DNA of 64,000 nucleotides from Bdellovibrionales bacterium (GTDB lineage Bacteria; Bdellovibrionota; Bdellovibrionia; Bdellovibrionales; UBA1609): NCBI GenBank assembly GCA_043764155.1, contig JAYUKW010000030.1, positions 28,603 to 92,602 of the forward strand, read 5' to 3'. Shown piece by piece: positions 56,462 to 64,000 of this stretch (position 1 is its first letter; each line of letters starts with the position of its first letter). The notes under the pieces were generated by a model. It saw only the letters and a program-made list of their open reading frames with translations, ran no database searches and was not told where the DNA came from. The position numbers and the translations under genes were made by a program.

Positions 56462-58084
56462 ATGAATCTAACAATCTTCAGTATTTTTAAAATTTATATT
56501 TTAATAAGTCTTTCCACATTATTTCTTTCATTTGCCGATGCAAACACACCTTATGTGGATCTTAGAGATATTGTTGAATTTAACGATGAAGACAGAGAAC
56601 TAGCCCAAATGGTTGAAAACAAAATAAGAAGCTCTTTGTGTGACTTTATTTCCCCGGTAGTCAAAACTACAATTAATAATAAGCATCTCAAATCTTATAA
56701 TTTAGCCGCATCAATTCATGATTTAAATTTGGATAAAACGAAGTGTAATACAGAAATTCAATATTCAGAAACGGGCGCAGTGGGTCCCAATGGCCGTCCT
56801 GCAGGAAATAGTTATAAAATAGTTGAGAGTAATATTGAGACTAGAAAGAATTCTATTTTGTCAGTCGAGTTTGATGGTTTGAATTGGAAGACACAAATTA
56901 ATCCTAATAAACACTATATCAATATCATTTTATTTATCCATGATGAAACTCAACATTTGGACTCTAAAGGTTATTATTTTAGGAAAATTAAGTTAATTTA
57001 TAATAGAATTGAAAATCAAATTATCATGGATTCAATAACTCAAGATGTGCCTTTGAAGAACACAAGATTTTCATTTTTTACTGATATCGTGGAAAGAAAA
57101 ACAGTGCTTTGGGATTCCATAAACGGAATTACTAAAGTCTTTCCAGTGGCTGTTGGTTCTTTAGATGTAAGAACCTTTGATGGCATGGACGAATTTGTTG
57201 GCTCTATGACCGTTGAAATGAAATCTGATGCCAGAATATATCTAAATCAACCTTCAGGGCTTTATCAGACAAGGCTAGATCCATGGTATTACAAAGGCCG
57301 TCCATTTCTAGGTGTTATGGATGATTCTGGACAAAAATACAAAGAAATTGGCTACCACTATAAAATTGATGAAGGTGATCTAGTGCGCGGGTTTGTAACT
57401 CATGGCTGTGTTCGAGTCAGAGACAAAGATTTATACCAGATGGAAGCCATAGTTTTTTCTGGAGAACAAGATTTTGTACCTGTTCAAATTGTAAATTCAT
57501 TTATTAAAAATCCAGATTTAATTCAATTTTCAAGTTTAACACATCCCTTTCCTAAACAAGATGTTGGATTTAATTTTTTAGCTTACGCAGAAAAAGATTA
57601 TTTATCTGAGAACAATTTAAATCTTGTTAGTAGAAATATTGGATCTTATCCGAATAGTTTTCGAATGTCAGAAGTTGAACAGTATTTATGGTGTCATCAA
57701 AATGGTATTGCACAACCCATCAGATATTTCGAAAATTGGGCATCAGCACTTGATGAATATTGTCTGACTAAAATTGCTCATTCGAATCAAAATATAATTC
57801 CATTTATCGATTACATTTTGGGATCTAAAAATTCTGAAGCCAAAATCGAGCCATTACGACCAATAGAACCTAACTTAATTGAAGGCTTATGTAAAAAAAG
57901 CGTAGATTTAAATGATGCCGTAAAAATATATTCTGAAGAAAAAAACAGAGACTTAACTTTTGGTATTTATGTTGACCATTGTGGTTGCCAGAGATTCAAA
58001 TTAGAGCTTGGAAATAGAATCTTTAAGGACACTTTAAATAATATTTTGACCGCAAAAGATGTTTACAAAAATTACTGCGGCTAA
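56462..58084 (+). CDS. exported L,D-transpeptidase (YkuD-like domain) protein
   Basis: Signal peptide ..ADA; VFPVAVG; GYH-x13-THGCVRV catalytic motif. Confidence 0.78.
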   Translation: MNLTIFSIFKIYILISLSTLFLSFADANTPYVDLRDIVEFNDEDRELAQMVENKIRSSLCDFISPVVKTTINNKHLKSYNLAASIHDLNLDKTKCNTEIQYSETGAVGPNGRPAGNSYKIVESNIETRKNSILSVEFDGLNWKTQINPNKHYINIILFIHDETQHLDSKGYYFRKIKLIYNRIENQIIMDSITQDVPLKNTRFSFFTDIVERKTVLWDSINGITKVFPVAVGSLDVRTFDGMDEFVGSMTVEMKSDARIYLNQPSGLYQTRLDPWYYKGRPFLGVMDDSGQKYKEIGYHYKIDEGDLVRGFVTHGCVRVRDKDLYQMEAIVFSGEQDFVPVQIVNSFIKNPDLIQFSSLTHPFPKQDVGFNFLAYAEKDYLSENNLNLVSRNIGSYPNSFRMSEVEQYLWCHQNGIAQPIRYFENWASALDEYCLTKIAHSNQNIIPFIDYILGSKNSEAKIEPLRPIEPNLIEGLCKKSVDLNDAVKIYSEEKNRDLTFGIYVDHCGCQRFKLELGNRIFKDTLNNILTAKDVYKNYCG

Positions 58085-58093
58085 TATTAAAAT

Positions 58094-58768
58094 TTATTTC
58101 TTAAATGCTATTGTTAATCCCTCATTCGTCGGAATCATAGTTGAAATAAAACTTGGATGACTTGCTATTGTATTATTAAATTCGCGAATAATCTTCCACG
58201 CTTTTTGATGGTTTGAAGGCTCTTGATCATTAAAAACTAGGCCCAATAAAAAAGTATTATCCGCAATAATTAATCCGCCTGATCTTAAATTTTGTTCAGC
58301 CCAATTAAAGTAGTCCATGTAGCCGGACTTATTCGCATCAATGAAAATTAAATCAAATGGGCCATATCTGGATATAGACTTTAGATTTTCATTGGCTTCA
58401 CCTAATAATATTTCTAATCGATCAAGTCTAATGTGTTCTGCCAAATGTTTTGATGCCATTTTAAAGTGAAATTCATCTTTTTCTAAAGACCAGACTTTTT
58501 TTAATTCACTTGAATCTAATAGATCATCTTCAAAAACACTTTCTAAAAACCATGACGTAGAGTATCCAAACAGGGTGCCAATCTCGACAATTTTTTTTGC
58601 ATTGATTAGTTTTGAAAAAAACTTAAGTAAATGGCCTTCACTGGGTGACACTTGAATTCCGTTTTTATTATTTTCAATTAAATCTTTTAAAATTTGTAAT
58701 CTCTCATTAGATTCCGTGACAAAAACATCTTCTATATATTTATCTGAATCTGATTTTTCAAATCTCAT
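58094..58768 (-). CDS. class I SAM-dependent O-methyltransferase (CCoAOMT-like)
   Basis: VEIGTLFGYST, FDLIFIDANK, GGLIIADN. Confidence 0.9.
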   Translation of the reverse strand: MRFEKSDSDKYIEDVFVTESNERLQILKDLIENNKNGIQVSPSEGHLLKFFSKLINAKKIVEIGTLFGYSTSWFLESVFEDDLLDSSELKKVWSLEKDEFHFKMASKHLAEHIRLDRLEILLGEANENLKSISRYGPFDLIFIDANKSGYMDYFNWAEQNLRSGGLIIADNTFLLGLVFNDQEPSNHQKAWKIIREFNNTIASHPSFISTMIPTNEGLTIAFKK

Positions 58769-58833
58769 TTTAGATTTTCCTGTTAAAAATAGTTTTTAGA
58801 TCAAAATAATTTAATCAAAAAATTATATTTTAA

Positions 58834-60054
58834 TTAGTAGTGATTGTTTCCAGTTTTTTCAATCTCTTTTAAGAAAGGCATTAGGGATACAAAAAACAGA
58901 ATTAGAAACACGATTCCTAAAATTGGAAAAAGGTACTTAACTCCGTTTAAATCAATAAACACCCCCATAATCGGACCTATAACCATGAACACTAAGCGAA
59001 ACAATAAGCTAAAGACAGAGTTGGCAGTGGCACGGATCTCTTCACCTAAGCGCATATTTAGCTCTTCTCGGTAGATCACCGACTGAACGCCTCTGGCCAT
59101 ATAAATAAACGAAACAAAAAATATTGAAGTCGCAAATCCAACGAATGGAAGCAGCATATAGGTGCTAATAATAAAAAGTGAAGAGATTAGTAAAGAGTTT
59201 TTAAGTCCAATAAAATTTTCTATCTGAAAAGCAAATCGACTAAAACCAAATGATATAAGGCTTAATAAGCTCCACAAACAACCCACATAGAATAAAGATA
59301 TTTGATGATCCGACCAGTACTTTTGAATCAACCAAACGGCTGACAAGGTGGCAATCGACCAGATTAAAAAATTAAGAAGTAACAGCCGTAAAAGTCTTGA
59401 ATTGTAAAACATCTCTCGGATAATCATTTTAAAATTGTTATAATGGGAATCCTTGCTCATTCTTTTAATTTTAGGTTCAGTTAAAAATAAAGTCGCAATA
59501 AAAGGAAACCAACCCGCAATTCCTGTGGCAATTAAGTTGTAGTTCATATTGTAAAAAGCCAAAACGCCGCCAATAAAAGCCGACAGTGATTCACCTAACA
59601 TGGCGCCTGACTGAAAATTTGAAGCCCAAAAAGCCGTTACGTTACTTGCTTCTTTGGGGCTTAACCTCAAAGCCTCAGCTTTTGGATTTTTAATTTCATT
59701 ATTAACAGTGTCGTACAGTATTGCAAAATCCGTTCCTGTGGCCATAGCCATACTTGTTCCAATAATTATTTCGTAAATATAAAATTGCCACAGTTCTTTA
59801 GCAAAATATAAATATGAAAATCCAATACCGGAAAGGATTGATGCAATTATCAACGTGTTTTTTCGTCCATACAGATCTGCAAAATAACCTGACGGGATTT
59901 CAACAACTACAACGGCCAAACTAAAACAGCTTTGAATTAAGAAAAACTCTGTCATCGTGAATTTCATAGAAGAAAGCAAAGGTACAAACACAGAGACCAC
60001 AGGGATGAACATCCAAAAAAATCTGAAGAGGACTATGAGCTTGGCATTACGCAT
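58834..60054 (-). CDS. MFS transporter
   Basis: EIPSGYFADLYGRK motif A, GTDFAILYD, RATANS; about 12 TM segments. Confidence 0.9.
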   Translation of the reverse strand: MRNAKLIVLFRFFWMFIPVVSVFVPLLSSMKFTMTEFFLIQSCFSLAVVVVEIPSGYFADLYGRKNTLIIASILSGIGFSYLYFAKELWQFYIYEIIIGTSMAMATGTDFAILYDTVNNEIKNPKAEALRLSPKEASNVTAFWASNFQSGAMLGESLSAFIGGVLAFYNMNYNLIATGIAGWFPFIATLFLTEPKIKRMSKDSHYNNFKMIIREMFYNSRLLRLLLLNFLIWSIATLSAVWLIQKYWSDHQISLFYVGCLWSLLSLISFGFSRFAFQIENFIGLKNSLLISSLFIISTYMLLPFVGFATSIFFVSFIYMARGVQSVIYREELNMRLGEEIRATANSVFSLLFRLVFMVIGPIMGVFIDLNGVKYLFPILGIVFLILFFVSLMPFLKEIEKTGNNHY

Positions 60055-60471
60055 ATAAAAAAAGAGCCTTATTGATCTTGTGATTGCTTCTTTAAGTTAT
60101 TTTATTTTAAAAAATTAAGACTATGAACTAATCTTATAATGCATCAATATAAGTTTGGTGTGAATAGCTAACAGACCTATCAAGCACCTGAGCCCCACTT
60201 AAGTCGAAAAAATCGACCTTAAAATTAAAGCGGACCGATAATCTAAAACACTTAGGCTTAAGTCATTCGTTAGTCCTTTTTATTGCTTAATTTATACGCT
60301 TTTCAAACTTTTGGAGCTGAATAAAGCTTACGTATATTTACAGGATGACTAACCTGCACTAAACCTAACCTTTACTTTAGATTATAGTTTTGGATTGTAG
60401 CTTAAATTGAATTCTAGATTACATTTTAAACTTTACGTCTAGTTTTAATTTATTTTTAAAGGGGTCGCTCA

Positions 60472-62238
60472 ATGTCAGAAATTATAACAAATACGAAAGC
60501 TCATGTTGTTTCTAATATTATTGAAGTTAAGGGGCTGACCGTAAATTTTAAAACTGATGATGGTATTGTTGAAGCAGTCAAAAACATAAGCTTCAATATT
60601 CCAAAAGGAAAAACTATTGGTCTTGTTGGTGAATCAGGATCAGGAAAAAGCGTTAGTTCTTTAGCGATTATGCGACTGATTGCCTCCCCCCCAGGCAAAG
60701 TTTCAAGCGGTGAAATTCTATTTCACGGTGAAGATTTACTAAAAAAATCTGAAGATCAAATGCGAAAGATTCGTGGCAAAAAAATCTCGATGATCTTTCA
60801 AGAGCCAATGACTTCGTTAAATCCAGTGTTCACAGTAGGGGACCAAATTTCAGAAAGCTTAATTTTACATGAAGGCCTTTCGAAAAAATTAGCTTGGGAA
60901 AAATCAATTGAACTCATGAACAAAGTTGGAATCCCAAACCCGGCCCAAAGAATTTCAGCTTATCCTCATGAAATGAGCGGTGGGCAAAGACAAAGGGTTA
61001 TGATTGCAATGGCTATCGCGTGTTCACCGGAACTGTTGATTGCTGATGAACCCACAACGGCTTTAGATGTGACTATTCAAAAACAAATTTTAGATTTAAT
61101 AGCAGAACTTCAAGATCAGTCTGGCATGAGCGTCTTGTTTATCACCCATGATTTAGGTGTGATTGCAGACATCGCCGACGAAGTGGTCGTGATGTACAAG
61201 GGGAACATTGTTGAAAACAACACATGTGAAAAGATTTTTGAAGCTCCAAAACACCCTTATACAAAAGGGTTACTAGCTTGCAGACCATCCCTAATTTCAA
61301 ACCCTCACAGATTACCTATGGTGTCTGACTTTATGACTTCCGAAGGTGTTGAGATTCCAAATAGTTTTGATATTAAAAAAGTTGTTAAGTATGCACGCAC
61401 AATCACTGAAGAAGCCAATCCTGTTGTTTTAGAAATCAATAACTTAGAAAAACATTTTCCAATTAAAACTAATTTTTTAGGCCAAACAACAGAATGGCTG
61501 AAAGCCGTAAACAAGGTGTCTTTAAAAGTTAGAAAAGGCAGAACCTTAGGCCTTGTCGGTGAATCCGGCTGTGGCAAAACCACTCTTGGTCGAACAATCT
61601 TACGCCTTGTGGAACCTACATCCGGGGATATTTTATATAAGGGTGTAAAATTAAACTCTTTATCTAAAAACGACATGAGAATGATGCGAAGAAAACTTCA
61701 GATTATTTTCCAGGATCCTTACGCGTCTCTAAATCCAAGAATGACTATCGGTTCAGCGATCATGGAACCAATGATGATTCATAAGCTTTATGACACAAAA
61801 GCGGAACGTCAAAAACGTGCGGCTGAATTAATTGAACGCTGTGGTCTTTCCGCTGAATTTTTAAATCGTTATCCCCATGAGTTTTCGGGCGGACAAAGAC
61901 AACGTATCTGTATAGCAAGAGCTTTGGCCGTTCAACCTGAATTCATTGTTTGTGACGAATCCGTGTCTGCACTGGATGTTTCAGTTCAAGCTCAGATTTT
62001 AAATTTACTTTTAGATCTTCAAGAAGATTTGGGATTAACTTATATCTTTATTTCTCATGATTTAGCTGTTGTGAAATTCATTGCTGATGAAATAGCAGTG
62101 ATGAACAAAGGCGAGATCGTAGAAATGTCAGATGCGATTTCAATCTATGAAAATCCAAAAGACGAATACACTCGAAAACTTTTATCTGCAATTCCGAAAG
62201 GAATTCCAAAAACAATGATGAATGAACTTCGAATATAA
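60472..62238 (+). CDS. peptide ABC transporter ATP-binding protein with two fused NBDs
   Basis: GESGSGKS and GESGCGKT Walker A; YPHEMSGGQRQR and YPHEFSGGQRQR; ADEPTTALD; HPYTKGLL. Confidence 0.95.
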   Translation: MSEIITNTKAHVVSNIIEVKGLTVNFKTDDGIVEAVKNISFNIPKGKTIGLVGESGSGKSVSSLAIMRLIASPPGKVSSGEILFHGEDLLKKSEDQMRKIRGKKISMIFQEPMTSLNPVFTVGDQISESLILHEGLSKKLAWEKSIELMNKVGIPNPAQRISAYPHEMSGGQRQRVMIAMAIACSPELLIADEPTTALDVTIQKQILDLIAELQDQSGMSVLFITHDLGVIADIADEVVVMYKGNIVENNTCEKIFEAPKHPYTKGLLACRPSLISNPHRLPMVSDFMTSEGVEIPNSFDIKKVVKYARTITEEANPVVLEINNLEKHFPIKTNFLGQTTEWLKAVNKVSLKVRKGRTLGLVGESGCGKTTLGRTILRLVEPTSGDILYKGVKLNSLSKNDMRMMRRKLQIIFQDPYASLNPRMTIGSAIMEPMMIHKLYDTKAERQKRAAELIERCGLSAEFLNRYPHEFSGGQRQRICIARALAVQPEFIVCDESVSALDVSVQAQILNLLLDLQEDLGLTYIFISHDLAVVKFIADEIAVMNKGEIVEMSDAISIYENPKDEYTRKLLSAIPKGIPKTMMNELRI

Positions 62239-62258
62239 CGGTTTAAGATATTAACTGA

Positions 62259-62684
62259 TTAATATCTTAAGTGATCGGAAGCTTTTTCTACAGGAATCCA
62301 ACCTTCTGAATATGTAAAAAGTTGTTTTTGGCCACTAATGTGAATGGCATTGATTAGACTTAACGACTCAGATTTTGTTAGCCCAAGATATTTATAATCT
62401 TCAATTGGCAATCGTATTAAAGTGTTCACATCCCCAATCATGGCTAGCCTTAGCTTAAATGCAATTTCTGCACTTATATAAATTTTTAAAGAAAAAGATC
62501 TTTGTCTTGTAAAACCAGATAAAAACGCATCTTCATTTTTTGTTGTTGAATATACAACACTTGAATTTTGAGCAAAATTATCAGTCATCTGATTTTTACT
62601 AGTTAGGTTTAAATATTGACTGCAATAATCAGCATGAACATTAGAATAAAATATTAGAATAATGATAACTTTTATGATTAACAC
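62259..62684 (-). CDS. small exported protein with CxxYL tag and possible HhH/alphaCTD-like domain
   Basis: Signal peptide ..VHA, CSQYLN at aa 21-26; ISAEIAFKLRLAMIGDVNTLIRLPIEDY..LGL hydrophobic pattern. Confidence 0.6.
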   Translation of the reverse strand: MLIIKVIIILIFYSNVHADYCSQYLNLTSKNQMTDNFAQNSSVVYSTTKNEDAFLSGFTRQRSFSLKIYISAEIAFKLRLAMIGDVNTLIRLPIEDYKYLGLTKSESLSLINAIHISGQKQLFTYSEGWIPVEKASDHLRY

Positions 62685-62795
62685 AATGACCCTTCGTTGA
62701 AATCTTTAAACCAAGAAGTAACTTAAAGCCTCAGGGATACAAGCTCTGCAAAGGGTTTATGAATATATTTTAAAATAGATTTGTGATGCCTTAAC

Positions 62796-62840
62796 AAAAA
62801 TCTTAAACCTAAGATACATATCTAACTTAGGTTTAAGATT
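62796..62840 (-). terminator. intrinsic terminator of the response regulator gene
   Basis: 15-bp stem AATCTTAAACCTAAG / CTTAGGTTTAAGATT with a U-run on the minus strand, 3 nt after the stop. Confidence 0.7.
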
Positions 62841-62843
62841 AAA

Positions 62844-63347
62844 TTATTTAGCCCTCTGTGGATTTAGTAAATTTCTAATTGTGGATTTTAAAGTCTCAAC
62901 ATCAAATGGTTTTTTAATATAAGTTTCGGCTCCTAGCGCTAATCCTTTATTTAAATCCGCCTCTGAACTTAAACCCGTTATTAAAACTATTGGAATTTCT
63001 TTTAAATCTTCATGGCTTTTTAAAACCTGAGTTAGCTCTAGCCCATTCACCCATGGAAGACCTATATCAAGTAAAATTAAATCCACGCTGTCTTTCATAA
63101 AGATCTTTTCTAATTGAGTTCCGTCTGCGGCACTGATTACAGAATAGCCATCGCTTTCCAGAAGCTTAACTAAAGCTTTTCGCATGGTTTCATCATCTTC
63201 TATAACTAAAACATTGAGCTTTTGATTTTTTAAGTTTTTTAACTTTCGATAATCGTCTAAAGACACAACAGATTCTTTAGCAATTTTTTCTTTTGTTATT
63301 TTTTCGATCTGATCGACAAGAGTTTTAATATTGATCTTTTTGTTCAT
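62844..63347 (-). CDS. response regulator receiver protein with N-terminal extension
   Basis: VLVIEDD, LILLDIGLP..NG, IPIVLITG, YIKKPF. Confidence 0.92.
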   Translation of the reverse strand: MNKKINIKTLVDQIEKITKEKIAKESVVSLDDYRKLKNLKNQKLNVLVIEDDETMRKALVKLLESDGYSVISAADGTQLEKIFMKDSVDLILLDIGLPWVNGLELTQVLKSHEDLKEIPIVLITGLSSEADLNKGLALGAETYIKKPFDVETLKSTIRNLLNPQRAK

Positions 63348-63397
63348 TCAATAAGGCTAACAAAAAAACGCACCCTAGGTCATCACGACCAAGGTTC

Positions 63398-63506
63398 TAA
63401 AACCCTCTGACCCTTTTTTCTGTCTAAATTGCGTCAAAACTTTTGTCGTTCGAATTAAACTAATTTTTGACGCTACTTAGACAGAAAAAAGGGTCAGAGG
63501 GTTTTA
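63398..63506. repeat. REPIN/MITE-like inverted-repeat element, family A copy 2
   Basis: 42-bp arms 63398-63439 and 63465-63506 with 2 mismatches; same CTCTGACCCTTTTTTCTGTCTAA core as 8873-9005. Confidence 0.9.
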
Positions 63507-64000
63507 CATTCCTTGATCTTCTAACCAACGTTCGGCATCGATAGCGGCCATGCACCCAGACCCTGCTGCGGTGACAGCTTGTCTGTAAACGCTATCTTGA
63601 ACATCTCCGCAGGCAAAAAGACCTTCGACAGTGGTATAAGTAGAATCCGCTTCAGTTTTTATATACCCCTGTTCATCCATATCGATTTGTTTTGAATCAA
63701 AAATATCTGTGTTGGGCTTGTGGCCGATAGCAATAAAAACACCTTCTAAATCCAACTGTGTAGTTTCTTTAGTTTTATTATTGTAGATTTTCACAGCTTG
63801 AACCATTTTCTCATTTCCAATAATTTCAAGAAGTTCTGAATTCCACATGATTTCTATTTTAGGATGGGCTTTTACTCGGTCAGACATAATCTTGGACGCC
63901 CTGAAGTCCTCTCTTCTGTGAACAAGGTAAACTTTATTCGCAAATCGAGTTAAAAACATGGCTTCTTCCATGGCCGTATCCCCACCACCGACTATACAAA
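63504..64000 (-). CDS. trxB: thioredoxin-disulfide reductase, 5'-truncated by the window edge
   Basis: Frame open to the edge: IVGGGDTAMEEA, VHRR..FRASKIM, FIAIGHKPNT, FACGDVQD..YRQAVTAAGSGCMAA. Confidence 0.96.
   Translation of the reverse strand, partial: CIVGGGDTAMEEAMFLTRFANKVYLVHRREDFRASKIMSDRVKAHPKIEIMWNSELLEIIGNEKMVQAVKIYNNKTKETTQLDLEGVFIAIGHKPNTDIFDSKQIDMDEQGYIKTEADSTYTTVEGLFACGDVQDSVYRQAVTAAGSGCMAAIDAERWLEDQGM

Noticed and set aside
60055-60471. 417-bp intergenic region as a riboswitch or sRNA
   Set aside because: Only a weak stem (GTCGA-aaaaa-TCGAC) was found and no riboswitch consensus I know matches either strand; an Rfam/Infernal scan would be needed

Overview
AT-rich bacterial chromosome segment. 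Gene content and protein style suggest a predatory Bdellovibrionota-like host (inference; no taxonomy search was run). The housekeeping backbone is pgpA-cinA-recA, recX-alaS-arginase, mutY, a DEAD-box helicase, pcnB, tatA, a transketolase-like gene, add, asd, truA, rplM-rpsI, aceE and a partial trxB. No rRNA, tRNA, CRISPR array or transposase was seen. The strongest candidate for an undescribed system is at 38.3-42.9 kb. Three adjacent genes encode signal-peptide-bearing versions of normally cytoplasmic, phage-style enzymes: a HAD phosphatase, a T5 A1-like metallophosphoesterase/nuclease and a GNAT acetyltransferase. All three carry a short C-x-x-F-L-[NS] tag near a terminus, and a fourth secreted, HhH-like protein at 62.3-62.7 kb carries C-x-x-Y-L-N. 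This pattern fits a tagged set of effectors delivered into prey cells. Also notable: an ATP-grasp + cysteine dioxygenase + CSAD/GAD-like decarboxylase + glutathione peroxidase operon (possible hypotaurine/taurine conjugate pathway), several long intergenic inverted-repeat (REPIN/MITE-like) elements, a HigBA-like module next to a HEPN-motif gene, and an OmpA-barrel + giant Cys/Gly-rich lipoprotein adhesin module. All family assignments come from reading motifs by eye.
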